DNA of 64,000 nt, from positions 94,364,001 through 94,428,000 of the forward strand of contig OX638149.1 in assembly GCA_951804945.1 (NCBI GenBank), written 5' to 3'. Shown piece after piece: positions 36,729 to 50,614 of the stretch; within the stretch, counting starts at the first letter, position 1; the number at the start of each line of letters is the position of its first letter. The position numbers were made by a program, and so were the translations under genes. Below the pieces are notes generated by a model that was given only the letters and a program-made list of their open reading frames with translations, was not told the DNA's origin and did no database searches. This stretch comes from Podarcis cretensis (Eukaryota).

Positions 36729-37553
36729 AGCAGGGAAAAATAAAAGCCCAGTCTTGGAAGACTTACCTATCAATTTCTTTTTAAAAAATGCTCTTGCAAT
36801 AAGTGGTAGAGTTAAATCACTTTCTGAATATTGTTTGGATAAGGAGAACCCCCTCTTTTCCCACAGAGGGCTGGCAAGTATGGCCTGCAGGCTGGGTTTG
36901 TCCTTCCGAGCTAAGCTGTTTGACATCTCAGCTGGTGGAGCAATATATTTTTCTGTTACTGACATGTTTCAGACCTATGTTGCTAGCTTTTTTTTTTGTA
37001 GGGAAGCTGAGCCAGTAGAGAAGTCCAGAATGTTTCACATGTAGACTTTAATAAGATTCTTTGAGTTGGTCTAGCTATTAAACTTTACAACAGAAGTAGG
37101 TTTTCTCTGGTGTTTCTCTGACCACCCCATCATTTCTGGGCCGTTTACATGGTGAGTTTGCCTGCCTGCCGTGGATGTCAGTGACATTCATTGTTGGTGG
37201 TGGAGGAAGCTCTCAGTGTGATAGCACTGAATCATGTGACAGGTTGTTTGGGGACAAGCAGCTTTCTGTGGGGATGTTGATCCACATGGCCAGTGAACTG
37301 TTCTCTTGCATCAGGGAAATCCATGATGGAGTACCTTCTCTCAGTGAATCCCTTTAGAACACAGAATTGCTGCAAATACTCTCTGTATTGAGAGGATCAT
37401 AGAAAGATGATGAGAGAAGGATCTGGGAAGTTCTACAGTTCACTTACAGCAATCCAAGCTAAAGCTCTGGATGCACTAGTTAAAACTGTTCTTTCCTGTG
37501 TTCTCCACTCTGGGAAAATGTTTTGGAGGACTGCACTACACATTGGGAGCTCC

Positions 37554-37668
37554 TAGAATCGTAGAGTTGGAAGGGACTCAGAGGATTCTAGGCCAACCCC
37601 CTGCAATGCAGGAATTTGCAGCTGGGCCTTATGGAGTTATCAGCTCCATGTTCTAACCAGCTGAGCTA
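37554..37668 (-). mobile_element. tRNA-head / CR1-tail SINE remnant
   Basis: agaatcgtagagttggaagggac...caaccccctgcaatgcaggaat, the same tail as 2640-2778 and 51426-51488. Confidence 0.65.
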
Positions 37669-39050
37669 AATGGCAGGTGTGAGTTCCAGTCCCATTTCAG
37701 ATGAATTGCACCACTTTTTCTTTTCAATTCAAATGCAAATGTTTTCAGTGAAATTTAAAATACCCTTTTGGAAAGTCATTTTGAACTGCACACACTATTC
37801 TGGATTTCTCTTCTGGCTCAGGATACTAAATTATAATATAATAGGAAAGTAATATATGAATGTTATTACTACCCATGCAATGGTTATAACAAATGAGATG
37901 TCCTTGAGGTCTTGTTTCATTTTTCAATATTCCACTAAGCATGTAACAAAGTTATATTGACTTGTACTCTATAATTGCCCACAGATTACAGATAGAAATT
38001 ACACCTTCCCCATTATCATTGAAGAACCTTCTGATTTGCATGCAATTCTAGTCTTTATTGTTCTTCCTTTTGAAAGTGGTCTTCAACATTTTCTTTTTCT
38101 CATAAGGAACTCTTATTTCAGTTAAGAAATGGTGTGTTGCTTGTGTGTAACAATTGCTTTTGTTATGTGCACACATGTTCTGGGAAGTCAGGTTTTCTGT
38201 AATGTGAGAAACAAACCAAAATCCATTGTGGAACAGAAATGGAACCCATATCTCCCAGATCCAAAGCTCCTGCTCATACAACTGTTAGATATTACAACTT
38301 AAGGAAAGTATATTGTATAATATTTAGCTGCCATCTGTGTAAATACTGCTTTGTGGGTTTTCTTCATTACCTGTTTACTTTTTACTTTGCAGGAGCTGAG
38401 CACCATCTAGTGGATGCATGTGATGGCAGCAGATCAGTCTCTTTAAATGTTGATCTGTGGCAATCACTGAAAATGGGCTGCACATTTTGCTTGTTTTAAG
38501 AGAAAAAGGGGCACATTTGTGAGAGATGCTAAGGCCCTACATCGGCCTACCTCTTCATAGTCTGTCTCCTGAATTTTTATTTCCAAGTGTTTCTACGTAG
38601 TCTGGCTAGAGAAAAATCAAGATTGGCGGGGACAGGCTGCAGGGAGATAAAAAAATGGATGGGGGGGAGGAGTTTAGCACTTGTCACCCATGTACCCCAT
38701 TTGGTCTTAAATTGAGATCTCTGCTGATCTGCATTTAAAGAGAGGAAGAGTTTTCCCCCAATGATAGCTGTTGTACATTGGAAAAAAAGTGGTCCAGTGG
38801 GAATATTTCAGATACCAATTTCAGTAAATGCAGAATAACATTAATTTGATGGTGAACAGATGGCAATACTCACTTGATTTTTGCTAAATGAATGTAGACA
38901 TACCTATTTAGCTGTTATTACTTAAGCAATGCAGTTAAATGTGTTTTACTGCCTTGCATTTATCATGACCTAAGTGCTGGCTGCTTGGCTGACATTGGGA
39001 CCAGTTGTGCAACTTCCGTTACTAAATAAGGACACCATTTTTTCCCCCAG

Positions 39051-39116
39051 AATGACAGAGAGGACCTCAGCTATGTTATTGCCTTTTTCCTCGGCACAGC
39101 AGCTTGTTTATATCAG
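39051..39116 (+). CDS. SEC22A: SEC22A coding exon 5
   Basis: tttcccccag| [22 protein letters not shown] |gtagga; 66 nt. Confidence 0.96.
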
Positions 39117-40440
39117 GTAGGATCTTCCTCTTACAAGTCTGAATGATTTTTTAAAAGTTGTAATCCCTTTCTGACTTAGGGCATGTGAGTCCAAAATTAA
39201 ATGAGTGTGAATAGATTTATTTCAAAGTTTCCTTCTGAGTTCGGTTGGTAGTGGGAAAACTGTACTGCAACTCTAGTTTAGTCTTACTGGACATTTGCAT
39301 TGAAGTCTACAAAGTACGTAGCTGGTGGATTGCAATAGAGGCTTGACTCCCCCACATTGTCACAATAGATAAGTATCTGAATTTTGGGCAGGGAAAACTG
39401 AAGGTGGTTGGGCCTAATGTGGAGCTGTTTGAAAATATAGAGCTGCCTTATAACAAATCAGACTATTAGTCAATGTATCCACAGATACATTTTCCAGAGT
39501 CTTTCTGAGCCCTATCTGGCAATTTCTGCATATGAAACGTGTTCTGCCCCTCCCCACAGATGTTATCTCATAATATCACACAAACTAGTCCATGATGAGG
39601 CATAACTTAAATCAAACTATGCTTTTATTCTGGAATTTATGGGACAGAATGACAGATTGTTGCCTGCATTTTTTGGTTAAGATTTCTTAGCAGGCAGAGC
39701 TTGTCTGAGGCCCAGGGTGAGAGTATTGTTAGAATCAAGTTATAAACTCAAACAAAAAAGCACCTGGTTCCAGGTGGAGGCCCCTGGCTAAGACCCTGAG
39801 GCTCAGTGTACCTGGCCACCCACACCCTCTGCACAGGCCTGCTGAAAATTTCTGTATTTTCATTAATAATTTTATGACCATGCAGTAAACAGGTAAGCTT
39901 AATATGCTAACTTTCCTGAGAGAGCATATTCTATCTTCTTAGTGGAGATATTTGTTGCTTCAGGTAATATTTAATCAAAATAGCTGGTAACAGCTTACTT
40001 TCAGCTGCTGTGGTATTTTATTTATTTTAAATATTTATTATTATTTTTAAAGGGTTATACAAGATTAATATGGCTCATAGAAGACTCTTGTGTAGACTTC
40101 AACTGCATCTCCAAGATGCAGGGGCCGGGACAGAAGTTCAGAAATTGGATCGTACCTCCACCTATGGTAGGGTTGTACTAGAGTGCACAAATTTTGGGCA
40201 ACGGTAATTTGATAAGATATTAAAATGCCACAGCAAATGGTAGATTTAAACTGAAAGCCATAGCTTTTGTCAAGGGAGCTCACACTGTGGAGGTAACATT
40301 TGCACTCCCCTTCTTACCTTTGTCGAGTGGAAAGGTATGAAAGGAGTCTCTTGGCACATTAGCTGGATGCCGCTTGCTATAGAAATATGAGAAAATTCAA
40401 CAGGTTACTTACATCCTTGTGACTTTTTCCCCCTTTGCAG

Positions 40441-40641
40441 TGCTATCTGTTTGTGTATTGCACAGGCTGGCGGAACATCAAATCCTTCCTAAGTTTTGGC
40501 TTAATCTGCCTATGCAACATGTATCTTTATGAACTACGCAACCTCTGGCAGATCTTTTTTCATGTGACTGTGAGCGCTTTTTCAGTGTTACAGATCCGAT
40601 TGAGGCAGCCACAAGGGAAGGCCCCTGATTACAATGTGTGA
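40441..40641 (+). CDS. SEC22A: SEC22A last coding exon
   Basis: ctttgcag| [66 protein letters not shown]; the six exons total 927 nt = 308 aa plus stop. Confidence 0.97.
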   Translation, partial: CYLFVYCTGWRNIKSFLSFGLICLCNMYLYELRNLWQIFFHVTVSAFSVLQIRLRQPQGKAPDYNV

Positions 40642-40985
40642 TGGCTGTCCTCCAGCAAGTCTCAAGGCAAACTTGATCCAAGCAGTATTCCTCTCAGGAA
40701 TGAAACACTTTTCTGCAAGACAGACACTTCCCATAGTCTAGGGCACTAATGACAGAGAAATTCTTCTTCAAAGAAGAGCTGGAAATGGTTCAGGACCCTG
40801 TTGCGGGACAAATGAAAACCCTGTGCAGGAGAATGTACCTCAAGGGCAACGTGAGAAGTTTGGAGGGGCAGCATGAAAATTCCACATCCAGAAGTATGAA
40901 AATGGCAAGGAGCTTGTTCTGCATATCAAGTGATTCCTTCAGTCCCACACCAGGTTTCCCTTTGTGAGATAGTAGAAAAGTCTGA

Positions 40986-43034
40986 AATAAAAGGATGGTG
41001 TTGCATATTAACAAACTGTTCAATATGAATGAATTTCTAAATGCGAGATTATTGGATGCACATAAGTTTAATGGTGTGTGTCTGCATTTTCCTTAATTAA
41101 AATCTAACCCAGAACCATCTGTTCATGGGGATTAGTTCCTGGGCCCCAAAGGCCTACCATCTAGTGAATTGCTTTGTTTCTACCCCTCCCCAACTTTTTC
41201 TGTGTAATTTGCTTTGAAAGAAATTTGGAAAGTGACCTCTCTCTTCTGCAGCCCCAGTAGCAATCTCTAATGCTTTTCTCTAATGCTTGAAGGATGAAAA
41301 GAAGTTGACTAGCCTCATCTAGGAAAGAGCCTAACTTCTACTAATTTCAATTCAATTTTCTAAGAAAAACTGTTCTGGGAACAAAGGAAATAAAAAGTAC
41401 TGGTTGTGGACAACAGATCTATTGTAGAAGAGGTGAGCAACCTGACAGAATCCTACAGTGGACCAAAATAGCCTGCCATCAGCAGACCAATGAGGGAGGG
41501 TGATGGTTATTCATTTCCACCCTCCTCTAACCCTCCGGAGCAGATTTTGGGTTAGCTGCAGGGAGGGAGATTGGGGGGGGGACCCATGTTTCCTTCCCTA
41601 TTCCATTGGTGGCCACCTTTGCTGACTCAATGAGCCTCCCTCATTTTGAGGATTAGCACTGGATACAACCCTACTAATCTCACCTTAATGAGAAAAGTAA
41701 AGCTGCTGGATTGCATTGCATCCTGTATGTTAAGTAGCAACCATGAGAACAAAATGCCTTCACAATGAAGGTAGTTGCGGAAGTTTCCTCATGTCCAGAT
41801 AAAAGTTGTTCAGGGTTTGTGAGGATTTTAGCAGCTGGGGGTTCAAGAGATCTGTACTGTTAGCATCCACTGCCATTCCAAACGCACGTCAGTCATGAGA
41901 TGAGGAAGATTTTCTCCCAGAGACAAACTTAAGATTTAAGAGAAGCCTGTTCTATGTTTATGCTTGCATTTAATAAACTCTACAATCTACTCCCACTGAT
42001 CTAGGCACAAGCTTTCAGTGTGAAAACTTTCTGTAGAGATTCTAGCAAGAAAGCGACGATGCCAGACTGAAGTTATATTGTCCTACCTACCACATCTCTA
42101 ATGTTTTATGATCCTCCTAGTCTTTAATTGTAAGATGTCACCTACACAAAAGTGGTAGTTTTTTTTCAGTAGGCAATAAGATTGTCTAGTCTTAGTTTTA
42201 CTATGAATCCTAAGCTGCTTTACGCACTACAATAACTTCTAAAGCATTATTTTTTGTAGGACAATCCTGAGTGGGCAGAGACTACCCAATCAGTATACTC
42301 CCACACTACTTTGAACACCCCTGCCCTTGAATTAGATGCTGTACCCCAGAAGTGGCTGACTGTTTTTGTCCCAGCGGCAATTTTGACCCTTGACTAACCT
42401 CTGGACAGTGGCCACCCAAAACCATAGCATGCACACACAGGAGCTCCCTAAAACTACATAGATCAGCAGAGGAAGGGTTAATCACCCTCTCCCTGCTCAT
42501 CAAATGATTGCTAGGGAGATTTGCACCCACACCAGAGTGGTGAGCTCTACCCACTGTAGTGCTACGTCTATTTTTTTCTTTCTGCCACTGCTGCCAAAAT
42601 GGATGAAGCTTATTGGAGGTGTGGGTAGAGGCAGATCAGGCCCTAGATCTGGAGGTCAGACATTATTTTGAAACCACATGCAAGTAATGTGTGAAGTAGC
42701 CCAAGTATATTTGTTGTAGACCCAAATGTTAATAACGATACACACAAATTCTTCATTTATCATGACAGGAATACAAAGAGTCCTAAACTGGGTCTTCCAG
42801 TTGCCCTGGTCTAGTTGTTGTTCTTGTATGTTATGTTTTCTTTACCTTCATGATAATTTAAAATATAAGTAAAGGAACTCCTCCTGCCAAATGAGGGAAA
42901 GACTCACTCTGGTTGCCATGGGACGCTGCGTATGATGACTCTGGGCATGAGTTTCCTAGCTGCAAAATGGGAATACTGATCATTTCAATAAAAATGTAAA
43001 GTGCTTTGTAGAATAAAAGTGCTGTATAAATAAA
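40986..43034 (+). terminator. Candidate SEC22A poly(A) signals (AATAAA at 40986, 41389, 41972, 42987, 43012, 43029)
   Basis: Canonical hexamers downstream of the stop; usage unknown. Confidence 0.45.
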
Positions 43035-43035
43035 T
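42935..43035 (+). mobile_element. MIR/CORE-SINE remnant
   Basis: agtttcctagctgcaaaatgggaata resembles the CORE motif agtttcctcatctgtaaaatggggata; followed by atgtaaagtgcttt. Confidence 0.55.
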
Positions 43036-44699
43036 GCAGAAGCAGCTATAAGATGGTCAAGACTTCTGAAGTGAGGTCACTGCAACTTACACAGGGGTCT
43101 TTGTGGATTTTTTTTATGAAGGTGTTTATCACAGCCAACACTTCAAGATTGGGACATTAATGATATACCGGTATACTTTAGGGTAGAGGGGTGGTGGGTA
43201 TACAGCTTGCACTATAGGCAATTGGAGCCTGCCCTAAATAATTTCATGTCTGTAAAGAGTCATAGCCAAGGGCTGAGCATGAAGATGTTCAGGGCATGCA
43301 ACTTTGCTGAGGCTCTGACTTCTCCAAAAAGTAGTAAGCCTTCATCTTGGATTTCATACATGTGACTAGAAGCACTGACACAAAGTATGCTTACAGATGC
43401 ATATTGCAGGCACACAATCCAAGGGTGAAAAGCTAGCAGAATTTGTTTAAGGATTAAAAAAAAATCCCATCACAGAACACAGTGTTATCTATCATAAGTC
43501 CCATTAAGTGACTGTGCTGGATTGTGGCCCAATTTGGGGGGGGGGACTAGGAAAGATGTTGAGAGTTATGCAATACCAAATGATTTAATTATCCTAACTG
43601 AAAAGATCTATATCTAGCAATCCCCCTAATGATGTGTTATGTAATGGCTCCCATGATTTCTAAGTGCAAATCGCGTTCATGACCATACTCTTAGCTGGCA
43701 TCTAAAATGTTCCTCATCTGTGCTAGAGACCACCACTGTGCTTGCAAAATTAACAACTGAGGGCAATTTGCCTGTCTGCTTTCCCCACTCACCTTAACAG
43801 GGACTAGCACAAGGAAAAGCAGCATGCAGGGACCCCACTGATGACTTAAATATGAGTTCAGGATGAGTTTCTCCCTTATTGTTGAGCCAGCAACCTTCCC
43901 TCCCAATATCTATCAGAGATATTGAGCACCTGTGTTATTATCTTAAAACAGAAGAAAATACGTTACAGTGATCGGAAAATATAACCAGTTGATTTCAGAA
44001 TATTTTATCCTAACAATATACAGCCAAGCACCATAATTTCAAACAGAGACTTACCGTTCCAGTGAAGGAGATCCATATGTGGGTGAAGGCTCCTCTACAT
44101 GCACAGGTAACATAGATTGAATCGGGCACTTCTACGTAAATGCAATTCTGCACCACGTTGCTCATCTGTACTGAATTACCCAGACCTGTATTTAAATGCA
44201 GATGGCTATGCTCCTGTACACACACACAAAACTACTAGCTCAGTTAGTTGAGTAGGACTAGACCACAGCCTGCTTCCAGCTGCCAAAGTTTTCCCTAAAA
44301 TACAGTTTTGTTGAATCTGACATACAAATGAAATATCCAAATCAGCTCCTTCATTTAGAACCCAGGGGCTGAGATTAATAACCACCTTTGCTGTATTCAT
44401 CTGAATATTTTACCATTTTTCATCCAGTCACAGAGAAGTGAAGAGGCGCCATTGTACAAAGTCCATTCTCTTCTTTCTGTGATGCAGCAGGCACAAAATA
44501 TCATCCAGAAATTCATAGGTGAGCAGGACTATTTGTTGGGACAAGTTATACAAGTCTGGACCTGCCTTACTGAACTGATGAAGCATACCTTTGTGGTGCA
44601 CAAAATTCTATTGTTACTCCCACCACAAAACATTAAATTACATTCCTACTTAATTTTGTAGCTTTTAAAAAACCAACCAGACTCTAATGAATAAATAGA

Positions 44700-47562
44700 A
44701 ACATTCACAAGTGAAACAGTGTTTTAATATAATTGTTAAATTACTTAAACAGATTGCAATTTCCATGGGAAATCATAACTGTATCACCTTTTGCAAGAGC
44801 CAGAAAAAAGACTGCATACCCCTTGAAATGATCCTGACACAGTCATCAATCACAGTCAGAGATACAGGTAACTGAAAACTGAATTGACAACACAATTGCG
44901 CAAGGTGGTCTGCTCAAATGTTAAGAATGCACATTTCAAAGCAGGAGGCAAACCTAAAACAAAATGATCCTATATTGTGCTATTAATTAAAATTTGGAAG
45001 TGGTAAATGATGGTAAGAATGAAGGGTGGAAGGTGATGAAGAACAAGCTGCAGTACTGTGTAAATAAAGACCTTTGCAAATCAAATGGCATTTCTTGAAA
45101 AGGTTCAAAAATATAGTACAAGGACAGACTTGGCAGTTTTCTAGGAATCAGGCAACTATACTATCCAAGGGTGTGCCCTAGTAGAAAGGGAGGGGATGAA
45201 AGGAAAGTGGGATGCTACTGACACTCTAGTCTGAAACAGTTTAATAGCAATATTACACATATCACTGAAACCATGGATTTTACCTTATCTTTTGGTCAAA
45301 GGTGACACTAACCCCCGCCCCCTCTCCAATGTCATAATTGCCAGTGCTGGGTAATCATTAGGTAATGGAAATTCTGCCCTGAGAAGAGTGGAAAAAGTAT
45401 GTGTCAAAATGTTTGAGTCATTTTTGAAATTGCCAAATTCAATATCAAAAGTTTTCCCCTACTGAAATATAAAAATATAGGTTTTTATGCTTTTATACTT
45501 TTTAATAAAATATGAAGGGGACCTTGATTTTAAAAGTTGAAAATGTGTTTAACTCACTTATACATTTATTAACAGTCCCCCTCTTTTTTAAAAAATAAGT
45601 ATTGTTCAGCAGGATAGGCCACATCATTATCTTTAGAGAATCAATCAATACATATGTTTTATTATGGAAAAAAAACTTGCCAAAGTCTTCAAACTGAAAT
45701 TCATAATATATGAAATGGAATTCAGCTCCCACAATATCAATCCAGAAGAGTAAAATTTCTAGGTAATATTCAGCGGCACTTACTTGTACAGACAGTTGTT
45801 ACATAAACTGTGAACATTCTTTCAAAAAGAAATTCTTGATTTGATTGTTGTTCCTCTTATGCTACTGTCCAGAGGCACACTTGAAGTGGCTTCAGGCATA
45901 ATACCCTTGGTCAAATAACTTTCAGAATTTTGAATACACAATTTACCTATTGCATTCAGCTCCCTCTGACGTTAGGAATGAGCACAGCTGTTCTCATTCT
46001 TCCTATTTCATCTTTGTCTAACTGTAGGTTTTCCTCACTTTATTTCCTCTTTAAAAAATCAAACTTGAGCCCCTGCATTATTATTATTACTTCAGCTTGT
46101 TTTCTGGACTGCACAATATTTATTTGAAAACTGCCAAGTCTGCAACTCAGAGATAATGAAAAGAATATCACACAATTCTATAGCTTATGTACACCTCCCA
46201 ATGTACCTGGCGTCCGATCCAAAGAACTCTGAGCTCAGCAGAAGACTTCACACCCATTGCTGGACTCATGGAGACAAACAGAGCTGCAGGGCAGAAATAT
46301 CCCATAGCCCTGATCAACCTTCTGACAGGGAAACAGAAGTGCTTGAACTCAGCCTGGGTGCCCGTTCCCTTCTTCCTAACAGTGACTATCAGCTTCTGTG
46401 TCAAGGGCTGACTGCCTGATAAGGGATTCAGGATTGTGTCAAGGTGCCCCTGCTCTTGTCCTGCCTAACAGTTGAAAGGTGCTTTGCTGGGTGCTCAGTT
46501 CTGGATATGAGTCTCCTTCAAACAGCTGTTCTGTGAACTTCACTACAACAGAGCTACACATAGATCGCTGTTGCTCCATTGGGGCAACTGTTTAATACAC
46601 AGAACATTCAAAATATAGAATTTTGGTGTATTTCTTAGACCTCATAATCTTCCATATTAAAAAATACAAAAAACTGCACCTCAAAACCAACAACCCTACA
46701 CATTTCAGAGAAATCTCCTTGTGTTTCTCCATGTGTTTCACGTTGGCAGCTAGTCTTTCATGTGTAAACCAAAATATGCTGAACAGAAGTGAGAAGGCCT
46801 CCTCATTTAATAAATATGCTTGAAGCATCATTTCCCCCTCACCTTAAGAACTATTTCTCTCCTTTCGCTTTCAGTATATCAGTTCTGTAAAAAGAAGGAA
46901 CCTCCTATCTGTGTAAGGGTAGGGATGGCAAGAGTACATAACAAGGCATCTTTTCCATTAAAAAACCATTACTGGTGATGTCATTAAAAAAGGCCCTTTT
47001 TGTAGAGCAATCGTGGGTGGTGTTTTTAATTTCAAAAGTCCACTCAAACAGCTAATAAGAGAACAGTGGCACACTTCAAGGAGTTAACAGCATAGACCAG
47101 AAATACTATGGGACTGCACAGCCTTTCCAGAGTAGTGCTGTTCCTTTTTGTCCTTTTGTTGCAATGAATCAAACTTTCCTTCAACCAAGTAAAAAACATT
47201 GTGTTGCTTCAAATAAATACTTAAATATCTTAAGTCCTGTGTAGCAGCCTCACTGAAGATCTCAAATCCACGTCTTCATTTCGAATCCCATTCAGCAAAA
47301 AATCTTTGGTCAATTCATTTACACTCAACCTAGAAAAAATCCACAGCAGTGCTAGGTAACTTCTGAATGGTGTGCCACATAGCCCAAACTGTGTCCCCCC
47401 TCCCCCACTTCTTGCACACACTCCTGCTAGGAAGGCATCATATGAAATACTCAACTGTGCCTTGGTATTAGATTCGCTGCTAAGCAGCAGCAGATTTTTT
47501 TAACCAACTTCTTGTATTTAAATCAAACTGAGCCATTCTTGAGTCATTCTTGCCCACTGCTG
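44700..47562 (-). other. ADCY5: Inferred ADCY5 3' UTR; candidate poly(A) signals on the minus strand: AATAAA 45570-45565, ATTAAA 45506-45501, ATTAAA 44728-44723
   Basis: Repeat-poor AT-rich stretch after the stop; the distal ATTAAA is followed by a GU/U-rich element on the minus strand. The end point is inferred. Confidence 0.55.
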
Positions 47563-47694
47563 TTAACTTGCCAGTGGGGGGCCTTCGTTTAGGAAGTAGG
47601 TGGTCATTTCTCCTTTACCTTTGACCTTAACAACCCCTCGGCATTCTAGTTGATAGTTGTTGACTGTTAAAACTTGGTACATGTCTGTGGTCAC
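47563..47694 (-). CDS. ADCY5: Adenylate cyclase 5, last coding exon
   Basis: ccacag| [43 protein letters not shown]; contains the KGKG motif; 132 nt. Confidence 0.96.
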   Translation of the reverse strand: MTTDMYQVLTVNNYQLECRGVVKVKGKGEMTTYFLNEGPPLAS

Positions 47695-48628
47695 CTGTGG
47701 AGTTTTAAAAAGAATGGATCAGAAAAGAGTTGAATAAATTGCAATTGACACAATTCAACACAAGTCTGGTATTCTCAAGCAGCGCTGATGGAAGAAGCAC
47801 TGTCATTTCACTAAAAATTACTATGATTGCACCCATAAGAAAAAGGGCTGATGACATTAAAAGTGAATTTCAGATCATTTCAGAGACTCATAGTATTCAC
47901 ACGTCCCCTTGGGCTCCTAAAAGGACAATGGCAAGTCAGAGACGTGAGTAAGGAGAAGGAATAGGTGAATCTATCAATTTTGGTTTCTCTCAGTATCTTG
48001 TTTTTCAGCTTTGACAATGCCAATCACCTGTTGTAGAGGACAAGAGACTGGATCAAGTTTCCCATTCTCTTCCCACCCTGTGAGCATGATCCAAGTTAGC
48101 TTGAAATTGGGCCATCTCTCTCAAAGAGATAATAAACAGTGTGGACTATAACTGTGTGAATAATGTACTAGGTGGCTAAGTGTTCAAAGCACAGTATCTC
48201 TGGATCAGAGCAAGGTGAATTATCCCATCTTCTGGTTATTGCTCAGCAAGAACAACATGAAAATACGGGGGGGGGGGGGGGTTACAAAAGAAGAAACAGA
48301 TGCAGAGGTTCACAAGGAGCTCTGTTCTGTACTCCATATTACATGATAACATAGATTCCTTCATATTTCACCCCCTACCCCCAACACAGAGATGAATCAC
48401 TAAGCTGGATAAAACATGAAATATGTAAAGTAAGAAAGGAGGACAAGTTACATGGATCTGAAGTGACTTCATGTGTCAGCTGCCATATTTTGTACGCTTG
48501 GTTAAAAGTTTTTGCTTGGGGTGGTAAATATCTACCCCCAAGTAGAATACATAAAATGTACATATAGATTACTTCTCACTTCTACTAGTGGCTTGTGTAA
48601 ATACTCATAAGAGAAAAAAAAAGTTTTA

Positions 48629-48805
<177 letters not shown>

Positions 48806-49255
48806 TTAGACATGAGTATATAAAGTACATCTTATAAGTTATCACTACCAGATCACATATGCAGGAGCACTGCAACTATCTGATTCCTCCCCAGGCATAA
48901 ATTGACCATAGCTAATTTTTGAATGGCCAAACTTTTGAGGGCTATATGACAAAACGTGCCATGATTCTATGATCAGGTATTATTATAAATGAACAAAGTT
49001 TTAAAGCAGACTCCATATGGTGGCTGTAATGTGTGTAGCACTCCTAAGACTTTGAAACATTACCAGTTGAGAGTGAGGTAAATTCATCCAGTGCTACCTT
49101 CCCTGGTCTTTGAAATCTGTGATATCAAAGATTTGTAGGCTTTGAAATTTGTGATATCTGCATATAAATATCCTACACTGATGATTTCTCTGGCTGTTGT
49201 AGCAATTGCAATGCACCACGCTAGATGCTGTAGGATTTTTATTGCATTTTTATTG

Positions 49256-49285
49256 CACACACACACACACACACACATATATATA
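49256..49285. repeat. (CA)n(TA)n compound microsatellite
   Basis: cacacacacacacacacacacatatatata. Confidence 0.9.
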
Positions 49286-50311
49286 ATTTTATTGTATTAC
49301 AATTTGAATTCCATAGAAGTCATATGGCAAGTGTACTTCACAGGCACACCTCAGACCATCTGAATGAAGCTTAGGGACCACAGTTTGGGAACCCCTGTCC
49401 TACACTATCTAACTGCTTCTCAGAAAACTCACTGGAGCTTATTTTTTACTTGATATCAGTATACTGTATCTTGATATCCAGAATTATGAAGATGAGTAAC
49501 AGTGCGCCAAGAACGCTCATGCTCTACACTCAAAATAAATGATCTATAAAAAATGTTATAAAATCTGCTTCTTTGGCAGATGTTCTCAATTTACACATTA
49601 CATTCTAAGCTTAGTTGGTCTGTGGAGAGTGGAGCATACCTGGAGTAAGAAGCCTCACTCCAGACATCCTTGTGAATCAACTGACTGAACCTGAGGCATT
49701 CCCAGTGAAAGAGATAAAAATGTAGCATATAAGAAGAGACTTGCTGGATCAGGCCCAAAAGCCCATGTAGTCCAGCATACTGTTCTCACAGTGGCCAGCT
49801 TCAAAAAAGGGGCCTGAATGCAAGATGGCTGGCCTTGTCGGTTTTGACTGAGTGGAAGGAAGTACGGGTGCTCGACTCAGTTCATCCCAAACAATGGTGA
49901 TGGCTCTAGGAATCCAGTAAGAATGAAGGAACCCAGTGTCAAGCACCTGCATGCATGCGGATTGGCCTTACAGGATCAGGTTGAAAGAGCTCTTGCTCTG
50001 CCTCTACTTCAAGTGTGTGTGCATTTATCCATTTCAGATTCAAATAGGAAAAACAGTTTTCCAGTGTTCTACAAAACAGTTCTAACAGCCATGTCCTTTC
50101 TAAAGCACTAATGTGGGCAGAAAGCTAATTTTGTTTGGCTTTAGATCTTCCCATGTTCAATTGGCTACTAACCTCCAGTTGGGAATGTTATGTAATGGGG
50201 TCAAATTTCTGCAGGAAACACAACCAACACTGCAGATCAAGAATACTCCATTAAGTGCTAATTTAATTCAGTAGAGGCAGCACCAATTAACACGTGGCAT
50301 TTGCACTTTTA

Positions 50312-50614
<303 letters not shown>

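Noticed and set aside
48267-48281. Poly-G/C runs (also near 1595, 5879, 13437, 41573) as functional G-quadruplexes
   Set aside because: Single homopolymer tracts are common in these genomes and prone to length error; no four-tract pattern worth calling.
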